The notes beneath the pieces were generated by a model, which saw only the letters and a program-made list of their open reading frames with translations, was not told the origin of the DNA and searched no databases. 64,000 bases of DNA, taken from assembly GCA_029856145.1 (NCBI GenBank), contig JAHQWK010000029.1, positions 1-64,000 on the forward strand. The letters run 5' to 3'. The stretch is from Promethearchaeia archaeon (GTDB taxonomy: Archaea; Asgardarchaeota; Lokiarchaeia; Sigyniarchaeales; SOKP01). Of this stretch, positions 19,691 through 28,711 are shown in pieces (the first letter of the stretch is position 1; each line of letters starts with the position of its first letter). Both the position numbers and the translations under genes were made by a program.

Positions 19691-21451
19691 ATAATTTTAT
19701 ATCAAAAAATTAAAATTGAGAAATTACTCATTGTAGTGTTAATCTTTCTAATTCCATTATTTTCTCATATGATTTTTACAAATACGGTCATTGATAATTC
19801 TAAAATTAATTTAGAAACGGAAAACCTCAAGAATTCAAGGGTGGAATATCATCTGAATAAATCTTGGATTAAAAATCCTACATTTGATGGAACTGGACAC
19901 CCTTGGGAATCAAGAATAGAAGGTGATTATAGGGATGTCATGGGAAATATAGCTCTAGGTCAAGCAAATTATAAAATATTCGGTGATTCTAGAGAATTAA
20001 AGATTGATGATCCTTTAAATGATACAGATTGGGAACTATTTAGAAATCCAGATTTACCTATCTTACCAAATGGATTGAAGAACATTACTGAGAGTGGGTG
20101 TGTAGTTTCACATTCATGGGATGAAAATGTAAATCAAACTCATAATAGACCGAGTGCTCAATGGAAAAGAACTATAAATGTGCCTGTCGATATAAGAGAC
20201 TATATAATAACGGATGCCTCTCTTGATGTAATTTTTAATGCTACAGTAACAGTTTCTCCGTGGAATAACGGTGGAATAGACAGAGAGGGAGATCTAGGGT
20301 TAGATGATTATTCTACAGGTGATTACACAGAATTTTATGTTCTTCTTTCAGATGTGGAAGAAACTTTTCCATCAGTCAGAGTAGCTTATAATCATACAGG
20401 CGACCTTGGACTAGATGGTACTTCAGGTATTTACCCTGATACTCCTATGGAAATAGTTCCTAAAAACGTTTTAATAAGCATTTTATCATCGGTTTTGCAA
20501 ACAACTGGTTTTAATTTTACGATTACTCTTGGTATAGATATTTACTGTGAAGACAATGAATTGGGAGTAGATATAGATACCTGGAATTCTTTAATAATTA
20601 GGTCCTTTAATTTAACTTTCTCTTACGAGAAAAAAATTGATCAACTTACGTCATTATCATGGGAACAAGTAGGTAATGCAATAACAGGAACCAATGTTCA
20701 AGTTACAAATGCAAATCTTACATTTACATATAAGATTGATAGGCCATGGCCAGAGATATCTTCACCAAATTCCGAAATTAAAGTTCTACTCAATAATAAT
20801 TCAATGGCAGAAACAATTAAATTAAGTACAGCTAACAGTTCGTTCCAGATAGCAAAAGAGGGAGGATATGACGTTACATCCCTCATTTTAAAAGATACGA
20901 ATATCACCCTAGCAATCCAAGTTTATATGGCAGATGAGTTCGGTTTAGATCATAATATTACGATTTCCATAGATGATGCTTATTTAACAATTTCATATGT
21001 TGAGATTTTTCCCGAATTTTTTTCTGAGCCATGGGTATTTGCAGCATTATTAGTTTTCGCTAGCATAGCTACAGCAGGTATTGGAGGGTATTTTATTGCA
21101 TATCAAAGAGTTTTGAAGTATCCTAGACCCGTTAGAAAAGTGATGAAATATAGAAGAACTTTGAACAGAAGTAATGAGCCAGATGTCGCTATTATGCCTC
21201 GAAATGTAGCATTTAATATAGCATATAACCATGAATTAACTGCGACTTCTAAATCGTTAAAAATAAAACCAAGTGAGATAAAAAAACCGATCATTACAGA
21301 AAAAGAGGCTATTGAAAAACCATCAGATAAAATTTTAGATAAGAAAATAGAATCTGAAGAATTAATCACCAAATCCCTGGAAAAAAAAGAAGAACTTGAT
21401 GAGTTAGTTAAAGATTCTATAGGAGACGCATCAGAGACAGATAAATCCTAA
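19691..21451 (+). CDS. Secreted, C-terminally anchored surface glycoprotein, paralog 2
   Basis: Colinear homology to paralog 1 (DYIITDASLDVIFNATV, NFTITLGID.YCEDNE, GGY..AYQRVLKY..PVRKV); GGAGGT at 19680-19685 suggests an ATA/ATT start (ORF track 19736). Confidence 0.75.
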   Translation: MILYQKIKIEKLLIVVLIFLIPLFSHMIFTNTVIDNSKINLETENLKNSRVEYHLNKSWIKNPTFDGTGHPWESRIEGDYRDVMGNIALGQANYKIFGDSRELKIDDPLNDTDWELFRNPDLPILPNGLKNITESGCVVSHSWDENVNQTHNRPSAQWKRTINVPVDIRDYIITDASLDVIFNATVTVSPWNNGGIDREGDLGLDDYSTGDYTEFYVLLSDVEETFPSVRVAYNHTGDLGLDGTSGIYPDTPMEIVPKNVLISILSSVLQTTGFNFTITLGIDIYCEDNELGVDIDTWNSLIIRSFNLTFSYEKKIDQLTSLSWEQVGNAITGTNVQVTNANLTFTYKIDRPWPEISSPNSEIKVLLNNNSMAETIKLSTANSSFQIAKEGGYDVTSLILKDTNITLAIQVYMADEFGLDHNITISIDDAYLTISYVEIFPEFFSEPWVFAALLVFASIATAGIGGYFIAYQRVLKYPRPVRKVMKYRRTLNRSNEPDVAIMPRNVAFNIAYNHELTATSKSLKIKPSEIKKPIITEKEAIEKPSDKILDKKIESEELITKSLEKKEELDELVKDSIGDASETDKS

Positions 21452-21463
21452 TATAAATTACTC

Positions 21464-22012
21464 TTATCTTTTTAAACAAGCCATTATTGCAGCATCATGG
21501 TAATTCCCATGAAAATTTAAATATTCTTTTAATACACCTTCTTCATTAAAACCACATTTTTCAAAAAGAGTAATAGACTTCTCATTTTCTATTGCAATGT
21601 AAGCTTCAAGTCTATTTAATTTTAGATGATTATATCCTATGTTTTTAATCAAGTTTAGAGATATTTCTGCTAACCCTTTACTCCAAAAAGAAGGAACTAA
21701 CCAAATACCAATCTGAGCTCGACGATGCTGCCAGTTAATATTCCAAAGACTAATCGAGCCAATTTTCACTTTATTAACTTCAAGAAACTCAATTATATAA
21801 TTAAATTGAATATTATTATCCCAATATTTTAAATAACCTTTAATTAATCTTTTCGAGTGTTCTAATGTCTTTAATGGGCCCAAAGATAAATAGGTTATCA
21901 AATCCCTGTTATTTAGGCTTTTAAATACAAATTCTACATCATCTTTAGAAATTTTCCTAAGGAAAAGATTTCCATCATTAATTTCTTCCACAATTTCAGA
22001 GTTTCTTATCAT
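21464..22012 (-). CDS. GNAT acetyltransferase, RimJ/RimL family
   Basis: RAQIGIWL...FWSKGLA, LNRLEA...NEKS..LFEKCGF.EEG. Confidence 0.88.
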   Translation of the reverse strand: MIRNSEIVEEINDGNLFLRKISKDDVEFVFKSLNNRDLITYLSLGPLKTLEHSKRLIKGYLKYWDNNIQFNYIIEFLEVNKVKIGSISLWNINWQHRRAQIGIWLVPSFWSKGLAEISLNLIKNIGYNHLKLNRLEAYIAIENEKSITLFEKCGFNEEGVLKEYLNFHGNYHDAAIMACLKR

Positions 22013-22117
22013 AATTTAGATTTTAATATTATTATCTCATATAATAAAAAAAATATTTATATATTTTTAAAAAAAAAGATTAAAAAATGAATATGAAAAA
22101 AAGGAATATATTAATTT

Positions 22118-22948
22118 TTATATCCCACCAGTGAAATTTGGTTTTCTTTTTTCTAAAAAGGCTTTGATACCTTCACTAACGTCTTTAGATCCACTATTTA
22201 CACCGAATCCTAACATTTCGAATTGACTACCTACTTGAATGGGTACTTGAGTCCCAAATTTTACTGCTTTCTTAATTACTAATAAGCTAGTTGTAGGTGC
22301 ATGTCCTAACCATGAAGCCTTTTCATGAATAAGGTTTTCAAATTCTTCACCATCATCACATAGATAACTTACATGACCCCATTCATACATTTTATCTGCG
22401 GGTATTCTTTCTCCAAAATAAATCATATTTAATGCTCGGTTCACTCCAATACGTCTTGCCATTCTTTGAGTGCCTCCATTTCCAGGAAAAATTCCTCTAT
22501 TTATTTCAGGAAATGCGAAAAATGATCTTTTAGTAGCAATTAAAATATCACAGACAAGAGTTAATTCACATCCTCCTCCAAAAGCATAACCATCTATTGC
22601 ACCGATTACTGGTTTTGGAAATTGTTCAATTAAACTATAATATCTATGTTTTTGTTGCATAGCTATGGTCCAGTGAACAGGAATATTAAATTTTAATCCT
22701 TTCCCCATAGGAGAAGATAAATCTGCACCAGCAGAAAACGCAGGTTTCTTAGTAACATTTTTAGTTCCTCGAAGAACTATACATCTAACACTGCTTTCAG
22801 TTTCGAATTGTTCCATCGCTTCATAAATTTCTCTTAATGTTTGCGTCGTAAGTGCATTTAATTTATTAGGCCTATTAATTGAAATTACTGCATAATTACC
22901 TTCTTCATTTCTCTCTACCATTACATGTTCAAATTTCTTTTCTGACAT
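22118..22948 (-). CDS. Enoyl-CoA hydratase/isomerase
   Basis: NRPNKLNAL, AFSAGADL, GYAFGGGCEL, PEINRGIFPGNGGTQR. Confidence 0.92.
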   Translation of the reverse strand: MSEKKFEHVMVERNEEGNYAVISINRPNKLNALTTQTLREIYEAMEQFETESSVRCIVLRGTKNVTKKPAFSAGADLSSPMGKGLKFNIPVHWTIAMQQKHRYYSLIEQFPKPVIGAIDGYAFGGGCELTLVCDILIATKRSFFAFPEINRGIFPGNGGTQRMARRIGVNRALNMIYFGERIPADKMYEWGHVSYLCDDGEEFENLIHEKASWLGHAPTTSLLVIKKAVKFGTQVPIQVGSQFEMLGFGVNSGSKDVSEGIKAFLEKRKPNFTGGI

Positions 22949-23126
22949 TTAATCTAACCTCTATTATTTGGTTTAAACAATCTTTAATATGTAGATTTAA
23001 ATTTAATTAGTATTATTTTTATTAAAATTAAAAATTTTCAATTTGAAATTCCTTAATATCCTTTTCCTCAAAAAAACTAAATAAAAAATAATAAAGAATA
23101 AAAAAAAAAAAGTAAATTCTGTTAGA

Positions 23127-24302
23127 TTACTTTCTCATTTTAACAAATTCGCCAGATTTCATAAGTGCACAAGGTTTTAAGTATTCTTTTCCGGTCTCAA
23201 CTACAAGTTTTTCTAGTAACGCCGACCATTCAGTATAATTTCTTTTACCTGCTCCAAATGGACCAGGTGTATTCATTCCAGCCATATTTGCATCATCAAT
23301 TATTTTAAAACCACTCGCAACACCTTCTTCTAAAAGACGACAACCTTCGTTTAATGAAATAGCAAACAAAGCATTTATATCAAATAATCCTGCCTTGGTA
23401 GACATATCTGGTTGGGGTCTGCCTTTACTCCAATCATAGAATCCTTGACCAGTTTTTCTACCTAAAGTACCTTTCTCATACATTTCAGTAAGTACTTTTC
23501 CCGGTTTAAAGTCTGGATGTAATAGTTCAGCATTATAATTCATTCCATGTACAAGAGTATCAATACCAACATAATCCATTAACACACCTGGAGGCATAGC
23601 TGCGAGCTTACCCACATCGGCATCTATTTGATTCCATGGAATTCCTTTCTCTGCTGCTTGATCAAGAACCCAACTTATATAGATATTTCCTGGAGCGTTT
23701 AATCTATTTACAATAAAGCCAGGTCTATCCTTTAATACCGGAGCAATGAATCTTTTACCCCTCAAGACAGGAAGCGATTTAGCGACATCCATTGCGGCAT
23801 TAAATGTATCCTCTGAAGTATCTGCTCCTTTAATTACTTCAATGCATGCCATTAAAGGAACTGGATTGAAGAAATGCATTCCACATACTCTCTCTGGAGC
23901 ACCACTATCTTTACCGATTTCAGTTATGCTCATAAAGGAAGTATTAGAAGCAAAAATGATATGGGGGGGTCCGTTATCCATAATAGTCTTACATACTTCT
24001 TTCTTTGGAGCCATTTTTTCTACTATTGCCTCTATGACCATATCAGCATCTTTTACAGCAGAAGCTAAATCAGTTGATTTTTTACATCTTGCCATAACCT
24101 CCACGGTAGTAACACCTTCACCTAATTTACCCTTTTCCTCAGATTTTTTAACACCTGTTTCTATGCCTGAATAAGCTTTATTAACGAGTTCATCCTTGAT
24201 ATCAACTAATGTGACATTGTAGCCTGCCATTAAAGCTACTTGAGCAATTCCTTCACCCATAAGGCCTACACCTAAAGTTACAATATTTTTAATATCAGCC
24301 AT
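23127..24302 (-). CDS. 3-hydroxyacyl-CoA dehydrogenase
   Basis: GVGLMGEGIAQ, EAIVE, ASNTS, GMHFFNP, PGFIVNR, GRKTGQGFY. Confidence 0.93.
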   Translation of the reverse strand: MADIKNIVTLGVGLMGEGIAQVALMAGYNVTLVDIKDELVNKAYSGIETGVKKSEEKGKLGEGVTTVEVMARCKKSTDLASAVKDADMVIEAIVEKMAPKKEVCKTIMDNGPPHIIFASNTSFMSITEIGKDSGAPERVCGMHFFNPVPLMACIEVIKGADTSEDTFNAAMDVAKSLPVLRGKRFIAPVLKDRPGFIVNRLNAPGNIYISWVLDQAAEKGIPWNQIDADVGKLAAMPPGVLMDYVGIDTLVHGMNYNAELLHPDFKPGKVLTEMYEKGTLGRKTGQGFYDWSKGRPQPDMSTKAGLFDINALFAISLNEGCRLLEEGVASGFKIIDDANMAGMNTPGPFGAGKRNYTEWSALLEKLVVETGKEYLKPCALMKSGEFVKMRK

Positions 24303-24410
24303 TTTTTTAATTTCAACCTCTTAAAATTAAATTTAAAATTGAATTTAGTAATGTTAAATTTAACATCAATTATATTTTTTTTTTAAAGATATTGAGAATA
24401 TAAAATAAAT

Positions 24411-24938
24411 TTATTTATAAAAAATTAATTCTTCAACACATACGTCTTTCTCAACATCATTTTCAAGAAAGTTGATCTCAACTTTTTTTATTTTGTTCCC
24501 TAATAATTTCTGAAATGCGGTTTCAAAGTATCCCTTATTAGTTCTACAAAAATATTTTCCGTAATTTAATTTTTCGCGATGGCTGATTGGTGTACGTAAA
24601 AAGCAGTGATTTTCAATAACAATTCTAACTTTTTCATCATATTGTTCAATGTCTCTTACTTGGAGTGAATAAAATTCTTTTAATTCTTCCATCAAAATTA
24701 CTAAAGCTTCCATTATTTCAAATTCTTCCTTACCATATTCCCTTTTAATTCTTTCCGCAATCGTAGTCCCAGGAAACACCCCTATTTGATAAAGAATGGA
24801 AAGTAAACTATTACGGCCAAAAACATCATAAACTTTATAAACTAACGATTCGCTAATTACTTCAAATCCTTTAATTGAATTGATATTTTTAATTGGATTT
24901 TGTATTCTCTCATTTATTTCTTCTATATATTCTTCCAC
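24411..24938 (-). CDS. V4R-like (HNOX/Bet3 superfamily) protein
   Basis: ILYQIG..PG helix; ENHCFLR...FC..NKGYFE...DVC Cys pattern. Confidence 0.6.
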   Translation of the reverse strand: MEEYIEEINERIQNPIKNINSIKGFEVISESLVYKVYDVFGRNSLLSILYQIGVFPGTTIAERIKREYGKEEFEIMEALVILMEELKEFYSLQVRDIEQYDEKVRIVIENHCFLRTPISHREKLNYGKYFCRTNKGYFETAFQKLLGNKIKKVEINFLENDVEKDVCVEELIFYK

Positions 24939-25028
24939 TATAAAATACCCCTAATTTCAAAGAGTAAGTCTAAAAACTAATAAATTCTTATTAAATAATT
25001 ATCGCTGTTGATCTATTTAAAAATTTCT

Positions 25029-25523
25029 TTAGATTTTTGACTCTAAGGACTCATTTATTTTAATTATTTTTCTCACCACTTTCTCAACCTGAACATCAAT
25101 AACGGTAAGAACTTTTCTATAAGTTTCATTAGATGTATAATATGGATCGATAATATTAATATTGTGAGATTCTCCGTTAAATTCCTTTAGTGTAAATATT
25201 TTTTTTTTAATCTCTCGAACATTTATAAAGGTATTTTTAATATCCTTTGAATGCTTGTTTTCCATTGTAAGAACTAAATCCTGCTTTTCTAATAATCTAC
25301 GATTTACTATCTTTGGAATAAAATCTGAATGTTTAACGCCTTTTTCATTTAAATATTTTTGAGATTCTGGCTGTATATAGTTAAAAGCATTAAAAAATCC
25401 ACAAGAGTCGAATTCCAAATCTGCATCAAGTTTTTCAGCATAATAACGAGCTAAATATTCTGCTGCTGGAGATCTTGCAGTATTTCCTAGACATACAAAG
25501 AGAACTCGCCTAATTTTATTCAT
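25029..25523 (-). CDS. Low-molecular-weight phosphatase (LMW-PTP family) 1
   Basis: CLGNTARS P-loop, DLVLTM, IIDPYY. Confidence 0.9.
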   Translation of the reverse strand: MNKIRRVLFVCLGNTARSPAAEYLARYYAEKLDADLEFDSCGFFNAFNYIQPESQKYLNEKGVKHSDFIPKIVNRRLLEKQDLVLTMENKHSKDIKNTFINVREIKKKIFTLKEFNGESHNINIIDPYYTSNETYRKVLTVIDVQVEKVVRKIIKINESLESKI

Positions 25524-25552
25524 GTTTTTGTGATTTTTTTTCTTGATATTTC

Positions 25553-26086
25553 TTACAAATTAACTTCTAATTTATTATGTTCAATAATCTTTTCAACAGT
25601 TTTTAATACACCCTCCTCAATTTTTTCGAGAATTTTATTATACTCTTCTTGAGGTAAATAAAAGGGATCTTCTATTTCTAAATTTTTTTTTTCTCCTGCA
25701 AATTCCAATAGTAAGAATACTTTTTCATCTAGATCTTTAAGATTTTTAAACTTTCTTTTCAATTTATCAATATGATGTTTTTGTTCGAATCCTAAAACAA
25801 GATCTTGCTTTTCTAATAATTGAAAATCTATTCTTTTTGTTTTAAAATCATGAATATCAATACCTTTAGACTTTAAATAATTTGCAGTTCCGGGTTGAGC
25901 AGTTTCATAGTAATGATAAATCCCAGCTGAATCGAATTCTACATTCTTCAACTCTTCTTTAAATTTTGTTTCTTTCAGCCAGTTTGCAAATGCTTCTGCA
26001 AACGGACTTCTGCAGGTATTTCCTGCACAATAAAAAAGGACTTTCTTTATCTTAGACATTTTTAATTCTTCTTGTTCCTTATTCAA
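25553..26086 (-). CDS. Low-molecular-weight phosphatase (LMW-PTP family) 2
   Basis: CAGNTCRS P-loop, DSAG, IEDPFY; ATG at 26059 is a possible start. Confidence 0.9.
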   Translation of the reverse strand: MNKEQEELKMSKIKKVLFYCAGNTCRSPFAEAFANWLKETKFKEELKNVEFDSAGIYHYYETAQPGTANYLKSKGIDIHDFKTKRIDFQLLEKQDLVLGFEQKHHIDKLKRKFKNLKDLDEKVFLLLEFAGEKKNLEIEDPFYLPQEEYNKILEKIEEGVLKTVEKIIEHNKLEVNL

Positions 26087-26192
26087 TAGAAATATTTTCT
26101 GTTAAAAAAAAATTTTGATCAACTTCAAAAGGAAAAAAAAATATAGAACAAAACAGAAGACTAAAAGATTCTAGAATATTAAGGAATTTAGT

Positions 26193-28604
26193 ATGGCAGA
26201 TGAAATATATTTCAAGGAATATACAGAAGATATTGAATCATTATTTACACCAAAAAGAAATTACACTTTTTTAGTTGGGGCAGGAATCTCCATGGATCCC
26301 CCTTCAAATATGCCTTCTGCCCAACAAATTGTAAAGGGCTTATTAGAGTTATGTGCTCCCGTAGAAGAAATTGAGAATCTACTTTCACTAGAAATGTTGA
26401 GATTTGAATTAGTAGTAGAGAAAATTCAAGACGTTTTTGATGGAGAACTAAAGTTTTTAGATTATCTTGAATATATAACCGAGCCAAATCTTATTCATCT
26501 ATTTTTAAGTAATGCTATTACTCGGGGGAACTATGTTGTTACCACTAATTTCGATTATTTAATTGAACGTGCATTATTAAGAGTTTTAGATAAGGATTGG
26601 CATCAAGATATAACACCCGTTATATCTAAAGAGGATTATATCATTTATCAAGACCCTAAAACTCTTATAGCATCGGATAAATATCCGCTTTATAAGATTC
26701 ATGGCTCAAAACGTAATATTATTACTAATAGAGACACAAGAAAATCCCTTATAACAACAATTAGCGCATTAGGAAAAGATCGCGCAGAAGGGGAGACGTT
26801 CGCGATTGAACCTTATAAGAAATCTGCTATTTTCAATTTAATGAATAACCGGACATTGGTTATTATGGGATATTCCGGGAGTGATGATTTTGATATTGGC
26901 CCTGCACTAAGAGAAATGCCTTTCCTCAATCGCCTTGTTTGGATTGAGCATTCGCAAGAATCTCAAACTAAAATCATTAATATCAGTAAGAAGGAGAAAT
27001 TAGCAACTCAAGAGATTTCTTATCATTTAGGCCAATTATTAGAAGAAATTTGTTCTAGAAGTGATTTTGAAGTAATATTAATTAAAACAAATACAATTAA
27101 TTTTATTCAAAAAAAACTATGGAATATTTTTTTACCTTATCTTCCTCTAAATGAAATCAATTTATTTGATTCAGAAAAAGAAATTCCCAATTTCTCCGAA
27201 TGGATTAAACCTATATATAAAGAAAATTCAATAATTCAAAAATATAAATTTGCATCCCAATTATTCTATCATTTGAAAGACATTAATGCTACGAAACGAT
27301 GTTCTGAGAAAGGAGTTTTAAATGCTGAAGAAATTAATGATTTAGCGTCACAATCATATTTTATTAATATGTTAGGAATGATTGATCAAATCAAAGGAAA
27401 TTATAAAAAAGCATTACAATATTATGAAAAGGCATTACAAATTGATGAGTCATTAAATGATATTGCTGGAAAAGCTACGGATTTAAATAAGATTGGATCA
27501 ATCCATTTAACTTTAGGTGAATTTGATAAAGCACTTGAACGATATAATCAAGCATTAGAAATTGTGGAGAGAATGGAAGATTTATCAAGTCAAATCTCTT
27601 GTAAAAATAATATAGGAAGGGTATACGAAGTAAAAAATGAATTTGAATTGGCTTTAAAATATTATAGTGAAGGTTTAAAAATTACTGAGAAAGTTGGTGA
27701 TCTTAACAGAAAAGCAGCGCTTCTAAATAATATTGGAATGATTTATAAGGCCAAAAATGAATTCAAAAAATCAATCGAATATTACAATGAAGCTTATCAT
27801 ATTTCCGATCTTTTAGGAGATCTTTATGGAAAAATAATTCTTTTAAATAATATAGGAAGGAATTATGATGAATTTAAAGATTATGATAGAGCTCTAGAGA
27901 AGTATCATGAATCAATAAAGATTGCAGAACAATTAGGAGATCTTTCTAAAATAGCAGGTTGTCTTAATAACATAGGTTCTATTTATTTGGCTCAAGGAAA
28001 ACAAAACTTAGCATTAGAAAAGTATCAAGAAGCACTGAATCTCGAAGAAAGAGTGGGGGATCCATTATTGAAGATAATTTATCTTAATAATATAGGGATG
28101 ATTTATAACAATCAAGCAAATTATATTCTTGCTAAAGAAAAATTCACTGAAGCTTTAAATATTGCCAGCGAGATAGGAGATTTATCAAAAAAGGGATTAT
28201 TATTAGCTAAAATTGCAACTATAGAAATGAATTACGAGAGTTATTCAAATGCTCTTGAAAAATATGAAGAAGCAGTCTTACTCTTTGAAAGAAAAGGAGA
28301 GTTGTCTAATAAAGCCGCCAGCCTTAGTAATATTGGAAAAATCTATGAAATTCAAAAAAATTTCTACGAAGCCTTGAGAAGATATGAAGAAACTCTTGAA
28401 ATAGATCAAAATTTAGAAGATCCAATGGGAATTGCAAGTGATTTCTATAATATTGGAAGGAATTATAAAATGCAAGGTGAGTATAGAAAAGCATTAGAAA
28501 ATTATGAAGAGAGCTTAAATATATTTACACAGCATGGACAAAAGCAGTATATTGAAGTAATCAAATCTTATATTGACGAAATTAATAGAATAATTAGAAA
28601 ATAA
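26193..28604 (+). CDS. SIR2-like (SIR2_2) domain protein with C-terminal TPR array
   Basis: LVGAGIS, TTNFD, KIHGS, MGYSGSDDFDI; about 10 repeats of ~40 aa with LNNIG..Y......KAL..Y..AL. Confidence 0.88.
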   Translation: MADEIYFKEYTEDIESLFTPKRNYTFLVGAGISMDPPSNMPSAQQIVKGLLELCAPVEEIENLLSLEMLRFELVVEKIQDVFDGELKFLDYLEYITEPNLIHLFLSNAITRGNYVVTTNFDYLIERALLRVLDKDWHQDITPVISKEDYIIYQDPKTLIASDKYPLYKIHGSKRNIITNRDTRKSLITTISALGKDRAEGETFAIEPYKKSAIFNLMNNRTLVIMGYSGSDDFDIGPALREMPFLNRLVWIEHSQESQTKIINISKKEKLATQEISYHLGQLLEEICSRSDFEVILIKTNTINFIQKKLWNIFLPYLPLNEINLFDSEKEIPNFSEWIKPIYKENSIIQKYKFASQLFYHLKDINATKRCSEKGVLNAEEINDLASQSYFINMLGMIDQIKGNYKKALQYYEKALQIDESLNDIAGKATDLNKIGSIHLTLGEFDKALERYNQALEIVERMEDLSSQISCKNNIGRVYEVKNEFELALKYYSEGLKITEKVGDLNRKAALLNNIGMIYKAKNEFKKSIEYYNEAYHISDLLGDLYGKIILLNNIGRNYDEFKDYDRALEKYHESIKIAEQLGDLSKIAGCLNNIGSIYLAQGKQNLALEKYQEALNLEERVGDPLLKIIYLNNIGMIYNNQANYILAKEKFTEALNIASEIGDLSKKGLLLAKIATIEMNYESYSNALEKYEEAVLLFERKGELSNKAASLSNIGKIYEIQKNFYEALRRYEETLEIDQNLEDPMGIASDFYNIGRNYKMQGEYRKALENYEESLNIFTQHGQKQYIEVIKSYIDEINRIIRK

Positions 28605-28711
28605 AGTCTAAAAAAGGATTTTCTTAATTTCATTGTAATAAAATTTTAATTTAATTAATTGTATTTTAAAATAGATTTTAATTATTTTTAGGAGATTTTT
28701 AAGAATTTCCA

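Noticed and set aside
27300-28560. Repeated AATAATATAGG-like DNA as a CRISPR or tandem array
   Set aside because: Explained by TPR protein repeats (LNNIG) within a CDS
3615-28604. Sir2-HerA defence system
   Set aside because: The two genes are about 21 kb apart; the known system is an adjacent pair
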